From assembly GCA_973895155.1 (NCBI GenBank), contig OZ316899.1, positions 4,405,241 through 4,469,240 of the forward strand: a stretch of 64,000 nucleotides of DNA. Direction: 5' to 3'. The first letter of the stretch is position 1; the number at the start of each line of letters is the position of its first letter. Positions 51,628 to 62,916 of this stretch are shown here, piece after piece. The notes below the pieces were generated by a model. It made no database searches, was not told the origin of the DNA, and saw only the letters and a program-made list of their open reading frames with translations. The position numbers were made by a program, and so were the translations under genes. The DNA is from Marsupella aquatica (Eukaryota; Plantae; Marchantiophyta).

Positions 51628-52672
51628 CTAAATTCTTTCTGTAATCTGAAGTACTAAGTCCTGCCTACTCTTTACTCCTGTGTTTATTCTACAGAATTTT
51701 GACGTTTGTCTGTGAACTTTGCTTACTACTTTCACAAACTCCCTAAAATTTGTGGTGAATAGCCCATGCGCAGCTCCTAGGCCTTTTACGTATTGATTAG
51801 TTTCATGCTCAGTGAAGTCTTCCTTACGAGACATCCACAATATGATCTCTATGTGTCGAGGAGTAAGTTCTGAAGTTGTCAGTTGGAGAACATCATATTT
51901 GCACACTGGCCATGACGCAAAAAGCGAATTAGATTCCCCAAACCCCTGCAGTTGAGTGTATATCTGTTGATACTGTTTCCGGACTTCAGCTAAATTCAGA
52001 CTGGACCATTTTGGAGTGTTTTGCCACAAATACACATGCACGTCTCTTGCCAAGGCCAACTCCTGCAACATTGGTTGAAGTTTGTTGCTTATAAACGTAT
52101 CTGCAAGGAAACCATTATTATTGCCGCTGAAGCAATCACAAAACAACGTCGAGTATTTGGGGTTAAAGAAACTTCTATGAGGTAAATCATCAAGAAGGAT
52201 GGTGTTGCTGTCATTATAAGGTGCGCTTGTCCGATCTCCATTTAAAATGAGGTCATCCCAAATATTTTTCAGTAATTTCACAAAGCAACTTTTCCCTTTG
52301 TTTCTTCTAGCCCCATAAAATATCCCAGTCGACAAGGCTTCCGCTTCAGTTCTCACAAAGACAAATCAATGCTTCTCGTTGGGAAACACTTTCTCCAAAA
52401 TCTCATGCACATTATGATATACGGCACAGGCCCATATCCCCACATCAAATGTCTGAAGACATCATTCAACAAAGCACCGCATTCCCGGTCTTACATAGAT
52501 GATTCTATTCTTTAGAAACAATGTCTCCCCGTTTCAGTATTTATATCTCTAAGAGACTTTTCTCGCACGCCCGATATTTGCACAATATGTAAGACGACAT
52601 TCATGTCAAGTACGAGAAGTTTACGAGGAACGGTGTTTTCTATAATAGTTGCCATATCGTATGTTACAATAT
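51628..52672 (-). pseudogene. FCP1/NIF-like HAD phosphatase domain
   Basis: RKLLVLDMN, YVRPGM..FDVGIW, VKLLKNIW, NTILLDDLPHRSFFNP. The N-terminal part has stops. Confidence 0.8.
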
Positions 52673-52807
52673 CTGTAGAGTGATGAAACAATAAATGAAC
52701 ATCAATATCATAAAGTCAATGCAAGAGCATAACATCAATTACGACGCGTTGCAGCGTATGGAAATCTGACGATAACCTATTCCACACGAGAATTGCGTAG
52801 ATCTAAC

Positions 52808-53408
52808 TCAAATGGTGACGATAAAGGCTTAGAACAATATTCCTCCTTTCAGCATCCATGTCCTTGGCTTTGAAATCAATAGGCTTCTCCCTACTCCGGT
52901 AATCGGCAAATTTCATGACAAACACTCCGCAGTTGTAGTCATCGGTTTGAAGAGGGATGTCATTACAATAGTTTCTCGGCTACGACAAAGCATTCAGTTC
53001 CTTATGAGTTTTGAACATGGCTTCATCATCTAGATATCTTGCTAGGTTCTCAAGAACTTGAGGGTTATCTTCGTGCAAAGAATCCAAATAGTCCAGTTTC
53101 CTAAGACCCATGTTAATGACGACCAGTGCCCAATGGTTATGTCCCTCATGAATAGGGACCATGACCATCTCTACATCAGTCAAAAAGTACTCCAACTTTG
53201 AGGTCCAAGTTTGAACGTCGTCATACTTATATCCACCTCAAGCAAGTTCCAAATAGAACCAAGTATCAGAAAGATGAACCTGCGGGAGGTTGGTACCCGC
53301 GGATTCTGCTCTCGAAGCAATCAGACCAAAATAAGCATCCAAAATTTCAGAAGTTATCCATTGCTCGGGACCTAGACATGCCATCTCGCGACGAGTTATG
53401 ACGCATCC
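52808..53408 (-). pseudogene. Ulp1/Peptidase C48 SUMO protease domain
   Basis: EQWITSEILDAY, DTWFY, YDDVQTWT, VPIHEGHNHWALVVI, YLDSL, IPLQTDDYNCGVFVMKFA. The H/D/Q/C residues are present in one frame with only in-frame stops. Confidence 0.9.
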
Positions 53409-54099
53409 ACTAATTGTTGACAAAACTAAATCCTGATCAAAGTCAGGGTTGAGGCAAAAGTCTATCGCCACATCATCATTCAGGTTGAGAGAAGTGGGAA
53501 AGAGTGAATTGGCACCTGCCTCATTCGCAGGTTCCACTACAAGTTCCATGGCAACATTATCAAAATGTCCGATGATGGGCTTGACCTTGCATGGACCCTG
53601 ATTTTCTGCCCAAGTGTGGGGAGGGGATGGATTGACGATGTTAATGGCCTCTTGAACTCCAGTGACAACTTGAAGGTAATTGGAAGGATACTCAGACACA
53701 ATCGGTGCAATATCATTTACAATTGAGTCCACCTCGCCAAACGACCCCACACGAGGCTCGCGTAGAGATAGAGGTATCCCACCATCATTGTGTTCTTCCT
53801 CCACAAGAGGTCCTTCGGAACTCCCTAAGTGGTGGATTGGTCTTTGGGCCTCACCAAATTCCCATGGACGACGAATCTGTTCCCCAACATTAATCATTCC
53901 AACACAAGGATCAGAAAATCTGTTATCGTCTTGATGGGAGACTGTTCCAATGACATGATAGTGCCTCCCTTCCTTTGCGCCACTTGCATTAGAGTTTTGC
54001 GTTGAGCTGTCCTCCCCTCCTGGAAGTTTCCATAAGGATTTTGCGAATTGTGCGACACCCTCCAACGACTTGAGATTCTCCGCATAAGCCGTGAGGTCC

Positions 54100-54850
54100 A
54101 TCACATCCCCCCTTTCCGAACAAAAAGAGAAACATTCCCTTTCCAGAAGAAGGGCATTCTTTAAAACTTGCCCACCAGTAAAGAAGTCCAACACAATTTC
54201 CTCCTTCTCGGAAAATCAAAGAATGATTGCCTTGATAATTCTGCTGGGCTTAATGTTTGATGTAAAGGTTCTGCCACCGGGGGTCCAGAAAGAATGAGTC
54301 TATACAAGCAATCTCCAAGAGCGGATTTTCGCTTTGCTGCATCCTCTTCCTTGGAAAGGCCAGTATAATCTTCTTTGGCTGGTTTTGCCAGTTCAAGCTG
54401 ATCCATGGATTCCGCCAAGAAATGACCTTGAAACCCTCTAAAATGTTTTTCCCAATCCGGTTCTCGTTCCTAGGAGACTCCAAGGAAAACAATGGACTCA
54501 ATAATACCCGACATAAAATGCGATGACCGGACTTCTTTTGCACTCTTCCAATAGCTTCCATACTCCAGATGAGCAATATAACTAGAAGGTGGATCAATGA
54601 TAGCTTCAATAATTCTGGCTAGCAAGAGACCTGGGTGCACAAAAAACACGACAGTCACCAAGTCATTGGCGGGGACACTCACGACAGTCTTCAAGAAATT
54701 CAGCAGCTCCGATTGTGTCCAAGTATTCTGAATTGAGTGTGTCATATCGACAGTAGCAAGTGACGCATTAATCCTGTCCCTACAACTCGTCAAATTAAAA
54801 GGAGGCTCCGCGGAAGCAAGGAGATTCCCAGAGTAAAATATTCGATATGG
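54100..54850 (-). pseudogene. Beta-class N4/N6 amino-methyltransferase-like domain
   Basis: SAEPPFN (motif IV-like, 54808-54797) precedes KPSRIIKAIIL*FSEKEEIVLDFFTGGQVLKNALLLERECFSF (motifs X-I-II, like KPxxL..S..GD.VLDPFxGSGTT..A..R). One frameshift lies between them. Confidence 0.7.
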
Positions 54851-55599
54851 ATCCATTCTCTCGCGGATAGTTCACCAAAATTTCTTTTGGTAAATATTCC
54901 GCAACCTATTCTTCAAAGGTTCCGGCATATTGGATTTTGGAGAGACCTTGACTAAACTCTTGAAATAAGCATTGTCGACCATTGAGCAACATTGATCCAA
55001 TTCTTCATTTGTGAAATTAAACTCGTGGACCACGTTCGACCAAACGGCCCCAACATTGAAAACACTTTCATAGGTCTCGCGGTAGAACCGCAAGATTGCA
55101 CCTTTCAGCTTTTCCGTATACTTGGCTTTCATGGCAAGATCGGACATTGAAGGTATATCTGTCCTTGCATGTCTTCTCTTCATCAAGAGAACCTCTCCCG
55201 ATTGAACTTTATTCAAGATAGAGGTAATGTCAGATTCTTGCGCCCCCTCAAATACCATGAATGTTGTCCCAGTAAGTTGCTTTGCTTCCCTCTTCTTCCC
55301 AGTCATCTCTCCATTGTTGTCAGGTAAACTACCGGACAACCAACTATTGCAGACCGACATCCACAACTTATAGAGGCTCTCCGATGCAAAAAAAGATCCA
55401 GTTGTATTCGCTGATGCTACTCACTTTCAGTGTGACTTTGGCCAACCCTTCGTAATCTTGAAACCCAACAACAAATGGTAAGAACAACATAATAAACCAA
55501 ACCTTTGGAGAAGGTATCTTAGAGCCAAGCCTCGGATTCTACACGAGGCTCGTGTGGACCACAAAAGAAATTATGGTGTCAACAAGAACGGACCTGGAA

Positions 55600-56194
55600 T
55601 TCCTAGGATTTTTGCCCTGACGGCACTGGCTGAACTGGTCGATTCATTTCCAAATATTGCATTCTCGCATGCCTAACCTGGTCGATGAATGGTGATGAGA
55701 AACGATGTGCTTCAGCTTGCAACTTGTTTGCATGACTGTGAAATCTCAACCAAGACCTTAACAGGTGTTGACCCCTTGAGAATTCTTGCATGAAAGAATT
55801 TGAGGAGGTTGGCAGTCTCAACCAGAGATGGTTATGTTTGAGAACTCCAAATGATTTTCCTCGTGGCCATAGTCGAGTGTTGACCACTTATTGCAAAATA
55901 TTGATACTCGGATAATTGTTTAGAATCTAAATCTCTGACGGAAAGATTGATAAGACTGTAAACACCATTAATCATCTTGTAAGGCACGAGATCTGCAGGC
56001 AAAGGTTCCTGACCGACATTTGAAATCATCAATTGAACAAGATGGTTGACATGGTCTTCGTTGAGTAACGGCTCATTCATTTTTGCCGACGGAGGATAGA
56101 TATTCATCAAAGGAACGAGGAAGAATTTTGACAGCCCACCAGCATCAGTTTTGTTGCAAAGTCTTTTATGCCCTCTCAAGTCTGGCTCAATCAA
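55600..56194 (-). pseudogene. ParB/Sulfiredoxin-like domain plus helical extension
   Basis: IYPP..LNEDHVNHLVQLM..EPLPADLVP..YFAISGQHSTMATRKI resembles the ParB N-domain with a GxHR-like motif (here GQHS). Confidence 0.6.
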
Positions 56195-58179
56195 CGATTA
56201 CTTTAGAACTTGAGTCAGCATTCATCTCTCCCATGTCATCCACGACATCCATCTCCACTTTCTTACGTTGTTTCTTTGGGATTGGGACACCGGTTTCCGG
56301 TGCCTCCTCCTTTCCCTCAGTCTCTCTGTTGCGGCCCCTTCCACGCTTGGACTTCTCCGATCTTGTCACCCCAATGTTTGTGGATACGTCTTGCACTTGA
56401 GTATTGACCTTTTGAGAAGTTGGATTTGGTGCAGATTTTAGGGCACCTTTTGTTTCACGACAACGGAAGGTTTTGCAGTGGAAGCCTTCCGAGACAATTC
56501 CTTCTTAACGACACCTTTTGATACGGGTTTTGCTATCTCTTCCACAATTGCCTACTTCTTTTGAGCCTTCTTCCTGACAACCTTCTTTTGTTCTGGCATT
56601 TTGGTCGCTTTAATCTTCTTCTATGGTTGTTTGGACTTTGCGATATGTGGCCCTTTCACCTCAGTAGAGCTAGTGCGGATTTTTGCTTGAGGGACTTTAG
56701 CTTCCTCAACCTTCTCTGGAAGAGTGATCTTTGAAGACAATCTCTTCTTATTGGAAGGAGGAGCGTCTTCTTCCATTTGCTTTCTTTTCTTTTTCTTCAA
56801 CGAATGCACCTCCATCTCTGTTTTAGAGTCCTTTTCCTCTTTAGTCTCTGAGCCTCCCACCTCCGCAAGTTCTTTATCCACGGCTTGGATCTCATCTTCA
56901 AAGATCTCCTCTGTTCCAACCAACTCAGGACTCAAAGAGTCATTGGGAACAATGCTCGGTTCATCTGATGTACCCTGTGAACTTGATGATCCTAAATCTG
57001 AACTCAACGACAATCCAGGTTCCTGTACAACTTTGCTTGCCTTGAGATTTGGGCCACCACCATGATGTCTGTGCCTTTTCTGATTCAAATTGAAGGCCTT
57101 CACCACAGGATGGGTTGCAACCCAACGTTTAATCCTTTCCTCGTCAACTGGATCTGGGAAAGCAATTTCCGGAATGATCTCAATCTCTTGCCGGAGGTCA
57201 TCTTCCGGTAAAGATAGAGACATGACGTAAACAACATGCCTGGTTGCAGAAAGGTGAGATTGAATTGATAATCTTCAAAGAACAAAAAACTAACCCTTCC
57301 CAACCCTGAAACAATATCCTCAGCAGTGAGAACATTATCTAGATCCATGAAACGATGAGTGGATGGATTAAAAAATCCTAAGGATGTTATGTTCATTGTC
57401 GCATCATTTGGCTCAAGACAATATGCGCAACAATATTGTTCAATGGGAAGAGAGAACTCTCTATATCCACAATCAACGCGGTCCTCCACCGTCACTATCA
57501 GAAAGACCTTCCCCTTCTGGTGCTTTGGTGCTTTTGAAATCCTACAATCGGCAAGCACACCCAAGTACTTCCAAAACCTCTTGGGCTTTGCAATAACGAT
57601 CCCCCGCAACCAACACCTCCAAGCGTCACCCTCCAGACACATTTCAAAAGACCATGAATCGACGATTGGATTTTGGTGGCTAATAGTGCTTTGACTTAGC
57701 GGCTGCGGTAGGCACGGGTGGCTGAAACAAACATACGGGAATCCTAGGAAAGAACCAATACGGAAGTTTAGAACAGAGTCCAAGATGTCAAAACAAATTC
57801 CAAGATTTGATTACTCAAAAAAATGGACAATCCGTCCAAAAAACAACTCATTCGACCAAAATGGAATTTGCCCGCTCGACTACCATCTTCTAAAGTTGGG
57901 GCACATATTCATCTGGGTGCCTTGATCTCCAACTAAACAACTCGTCTAGTACTAAGTCTTGAGAGATGAGTTCTAGGAAAATGTCTCCTAGGCTGCTTCC
58001 TTCTTCAGCCTCTTGATAGTCTGGAGGTGGCCTTCCTCCTGGGCCGTCAAACTAATCTCTTCATCTTTCTCCTTCACAGTTTCTCGCAGGGTCTCAAGTT
58101 CCTCGAGGACATCCTCAGTCATTTGGGACTCCTTCTCATGTTTATCTTTGATCGATTTCAAATGTTTCAAGGCATTGCG

Positions 58180-61100
58180 AAAGGACAGCCATCACCAGGG
58201 ATTCTAGCTATAACGAGCTGCGAGACTACATCACCGAACTATATCTCAGCGAGGAAGGGCTTAGATCGGTAGTAGAGGCGATTCTAGAGGTTCCAGCTAA
58301 GTTCTTTAAGCTGAAGGGCAACCAGCGGCTTACTCAAGCGGAGTTCGACAAGATTCCGGGGTACCTAGACCAGCAGATCGCAACTGAAAAGCGCCAAGAA
58401 GACATCAGCAGACAACGGGAAGCGGCGCGTAATCTCACGTTCCTCGGGGAAAGCTCCAACGCCTTCAACTGGGATAGGGCTACCCCAGCGCCTCAACCGA
58501 TGACCACCGGAGTACCGCCGAACCAGTCCCAAGTCCATCCAGTAATCAACGCGGAGTGTTCTTCGGGTTCCGAGCGAGCTAGTCCGCAACTCGAACAGCG
58601 TCCTCGTAAGCGGTCAAGGACTACGATGGCCCCCGAATCAACACGGACCGACGCCACGCCTGCACCTGCCCCGGCAAACCCCCCGACCAACCAGACCCGA
58701 CGGCCCCTGGATAACCCGAAGTCCAACTTATTACAGGTAATCCGCGTCCCCGAGGTAGTCTGGATCGCGATCAAGAAACTCGAACATGCGGACTATCTCA
58801 AGGAGCATCAGTTGGAGCGGTTCGCCCACTTACTATGGAGGCCGTGCGCCGCCGGGCCGAAGGAGATTTGTGAGTTCATCTCCAATTTTGACACTGATGC
58901 GTCAACCACCAAGGTTTCAGGGCAGACCTTATCACTCACGGAGCATCGGTTAATTCAAATTTTTGGCCTACCAACCGGGCCGGTGCCGGTGGAAATCCGA
59001 ATTCGGGATAAGGAGTATACGCCGCGGCGCTTCAAATCCGAGGGTAAGACGGACAACGGATACAAGCAGGGGGCGTGCACCAACTTAACCTGTATGGAGC
59101 GGCTTAACTTCATACGGACTACCCTACACATGATTGAGCCACGATCCGAGATTTCCCTCTGCACGATAGTGCAGGTGGAACAGTACAAACGACGAAACTG
59201 GGCCCAATTCTTCTACCGAAGATTCTCGGGGGAGCTGAAGCGGGCTCAGGGTGGTATGGCTATTGGAGGGAAGACTTACTTGGGGAGTCATATCGCCATT
59301 ATCCTCGCCTGGTACAAGGCACAGCGGGAGGCCAGAGGAAAGAATACGGCCACCTCAGCCCCGGGTAATGTCACCCCCGCCCCAGAGGAGGCAACCCCAA
59401 CTACGCGGACTACTGACCCTCGGACAAACCCCGAGCCGGAAGCCCCGACTAATACTCCGCAACCGCCCCCTGTGGAATTTCCACCGCCTCCTTCCGTTGA
59501 GCCTCCGCTACCTGCAGTACAACCACCCCCAATCCCTCCACCACCCGAAGAAACCTTCCCCTCCCCAGCGCTGACTACGGAGGAGCTCGTTGCCCCTGCC
59601 GAGGAACCACCGGTACCCGAGAGGATGGAGGACTACCAAGTAGCCCCGGGGACCATGGCCTACGACCTGGTCCAAAAGTTTAGCCAGACTATGTCTGGGG
59701 AGTTGGCGACATACATCGGACAACAAGTCTCGGCGTACTTTTAGCCAGCCTTCTTCATGTTACAGCACCAACCACGGATCGTCAGCCGCTTGGAAGAAGA
59801 ACTCATGGCGAAGGGGAATGAGATCGGGCGTCTCCAGATGCTGGTAGAGCACCTCGAGGAGGAGGCAACGACCCGCCGCGAGGATTTAGTCCGCACTGTC
59901 GAACAGAGGGACGGACTAACCCAGGAGTTAAGCGGAGCGCAGGCCGAACTCAAGAAGCTAGACGACACCGTGCTTCAATTACGCTCAGAATCTTCGGCTC
60001 GGGTTACCAGCCTGACCGACCTCAACAAACAATTCCTACAGGCAGCACAGCAGGTGGCTAGTCTCTCCGCCGAACAAGATAAATTGCTAGCGCAGGACCA
60101 GGTCCATCGCGATGCCATCGACCAGCTCAACTTGGAGGTGGCGCGGCTCCAGACTGAAGCCGACGAAGCTGCAAACGAGGCGGAGGAAGCATTACGGGAC
60201 AACAAGGCTTTGCAGGACCGCGTCACCCTGCTCGTCCTCCAGCGGGGAAAACCTGGGCCCACCTCTGATCAAGGCGGCTCGAGGTCTCGCCCCGACAAGG
60301 GGACCAGCCCTGGTCCAACCACTGCACACACGTAAGGGGTAGTTAGCAAAGGGTAGAAGCAGGCGCCGCGCGAAGCGGTTAAGTCAGCGGCATCTTTTAG
60401 TTAGGCATAACGACAGAATGACTGTCATTAGGCGCCGATTAGCGGCAGTAGGAAGAATTAGGGCCGGTCAGTTAGGATCAGCCAACGTAGGATTGAGTCC
60501 ATCAATGGACTAGAGTTTGTCAGTACGCTTGGCCGCTGCCATTTCGGTTGGCACACTCGTAGTCGACGGTCAACCGGTCAGTGCAGCGCGACCGGTAGTC
60601 AGCAGTTAGTTAGTCAGTAGGTAGTACCCCGGAAGGTAGTATCCTCCGGTTCTCTTCCACTATGGTAGTATTTAGGCTTCCCCTTCCGTGATGGGAAGCG
60701 GGAGAAGGCTTAGTTATCTCAGCAGAAGAAAGGCGAGGCACGGGGAGTCCCGGCCTGAGTACGGTCAGAGCGTACCAAGGAGTGAGAGCCAGAGTCGAGC
60801 TTGCTGGGCAAGTGCGAGGCAGGGCCTCGTAGAGACTGGGCATCGACTGCCGTTGGGCCTGCTGACCCCCTTTGAAGTCGAGTCAACCATGTAAACTGAT
60901 GCTTCGCTGAGTAAATGTAGTCTTTTCCCCTTAATGTTTCTGAGAGTAACTGGTGTTGTGTGTATGCTTTGTCCGGGCAAAGGCGCCATTTTAAGGGACG
61001 TACCGGGTGCGGACTAATGGTAGGGATTGCCGCTCATTGCATGTCACAAGGTCCTGTCACGTCGATGGCTTGAAAAGCCCCAAGTCGGGAGTTAGTCCGC

Positions 61101-61318
61101 GTCACTAACTGAGGGAAAATTCCAGCGGTGGAAAATAAATATACCTATGACAAGTACGAATTATGCGAGTGTTATACCAGTAAGTATAGCGGCTTAGCCC
61201 GACTTAGGGCTATTGAAGGTCACTACACACCTCCTTGCCCGAACCCTCACCCCTACTGGTGGTCGAGGTCGCACCACGACACTAACCCGGATTTAAGGCC
61301 CAGGGTAGGGGTGCGACA
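58180..61318 (+). mobile_element. Giant LTR, family C, 5'-truncated, with accessory ORF about 58180-60335
   Basis: Ends ...GTGCGACA and shares the terminal CCCGAACCCTCA block with A and B. The ORF aligns with A (EAILEVP..FDKIP; IFGLP; DNG; IGGKTYLGSHI..WY). The left end and left TSD are missing. Confidence 0.8.
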
Positions 61319-62139
61319 CACGAGTCTCATGTAGAAAACTTAGTACTGGGTCTCGCATAACACAAAACTAACTACGATAATGTATCTACACAAGACTCGT
61401 GTGGAAGGAACCGCTGAAATTTGAATTAAAAACAAACAAAGAAAAGAAAAACTAAAGATCTACACGACTGTCGTGTGGAAATACCTTCAACCTGGTGAAA
61501 GTTGCGACTGCCATCTCCCGGACCTCCGATTCAGATAGATTCTCCATGAAACCTCTTTGCACGTGTGAAACAATTTGCAAAATAGAGACGGAATTGAGCA
61601 GAACTCATTGGGAGAGATGAATGAGCAAAAGGGCGGAGAATGAGCGAGAGGGCAAAGATGAAGGAATGAGTGAATGAGCGAATGTGCTTGAAATATATAC
61701 CTGACACGAGGAATGTGCGAGCGTGAAAATGGGCTAGCGTGAAGCGTGAAGACATCATTAAGAGTGCCACCAAAAATATCGATGAATCTTACCAAACGAC
61801 AATTGTGCAGAGCTATTTGCCTATCACATTCGAGCATATGTGCTTATTCTTTTGTCATTATCTGACATGATTAATTGCGCCACCAAAAATATCAAAAAAT
61901 TGTACCACACGACAATCTAGTAGAGCGGCCACCCTATCACTTTTGTGCATTATATTTGGGATTTCTATCTAGGAATGGTATTTATCGATTAGTCGTCCTG
62001 ATTCTCTAGTCATTCTCTCGCCAGACGTGAATGCTTCTGAGGACAAGTTCTGGCACGGGTGGTTCCAAGGATAGGTTTTGGCACGGGTTTGAGTCCAAGG
62101 ACTGCTTTTGGGCGCCCAATTGGTACATCCCTTATGGGA

Positions 62140-62255
62140 TTTCATTCCTATGACTGTCTCATTCCTATGACTGTCTTGTTCCTATGACTGTCTCATTCAT
62201 GTGACTGTCTCGTTCTTGTGACTGTCTCATTCCTGTCCGTGTCTCATTCTTGTCA
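62140..62255 (+). repeat. 17-bp tandem repeat CATTCCTATGACTGTCT, about 7 units
   Basis: Head-to-tail degenerate units read directly. Confidence 0.85.
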
Positions 62256-62537
62256 CTCTTGGAGAATGTTTTTTTAGGACAATTATCTGTACCTCATTTC
62301 TTTCAAAAGTTCTACTAAATAGGGGTACTGTAATAGGATATTTAGGATTTCAAAGAGGAATTAGACCTCATTTCTTCCATAACTGCCCTAATTTTAGAAT
62401 TAGACTTCATTTCTTCTTAATTGAGGACAATTGAGGGTCCTGACATGGGTTATGTCTTGGTATTGAGGAATTGGACTTCAATTGTACCACAATTTATCAG
62501 TTGGGTGGTTCCTTAATGTGATATTACATGGGTTGGG

Positions 62538-62625
62538 GATTTGTACCCTGTTGGAATTTGTAGCCTACTGGAATTTGTACCCTGTTGGACCTTTTACCTT
62601 GTTGGAATTTGTACCCTGTTGGACT
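62538..62625 (+). repeat. 17-bp tandem repeat GGAATTTGTACCCTGTT, about 5 units
   Basis: Head-to-tail degenerate units read directly. Confidence 0.85.
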
Positions 62626-62916
62626 CTCCTTCTCTCTTAGAGTGAAGCATCGAATAATAGTGGGTCCTCTCCTTACTTCTTGTGGGACTTTTTGTCATAA
62701 ATGCATATGATTGTGATAATTCCGTGACTTTTGGGAGATGTTTAGACCTAACCTAATGCTCTACACGAGGCTCGTCTAGCCATCAAACCTCCTTGTGTTT
62801 CCTTCCACTAACTATATTCGTTAGTGATTCTACGCGAGCCTTGTGTTGAGGGATACTGACGTGCATGTTTTATTCTGGAAAACCAGGTCTTTTTCTACCG
62901 GTGAATAATTCCCATC

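Larger units (their letters stand above)
51628..61548 (-). pseudogene. Reconstructed multi-exon giant gene: unknown N-terminal domains, Lys-rich linker, ParB-like, N4/N6-MTase-like, Ulp1, FCP1
   Basis: Putative exon 1 at 61548-61486 (MENLSESEVREMAVATFTRLK then GT). In-phase GT-AG introns at 55457-55593 and 52673-52807 join the frames. LTR C sits in intron 1. Several stops and frameshifts remain. Confidence 0.55.

Noticed and set aside
51628-57783. Bacterial or phage contamination as the source of the ParB/MTase region
   Set aside because: It contains GT-AG introns, is fused to eukaryotic Ulp1 and FCP1 domains, is decayed like its neighbours and is interrupted by a plant LTR.
62140-62625. Short repeat arrays as a CRISPR array
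   Set aside because: The units are contiguous 17-mers with no unique spacers, there are no cas genes, and the context is eukaryotic.
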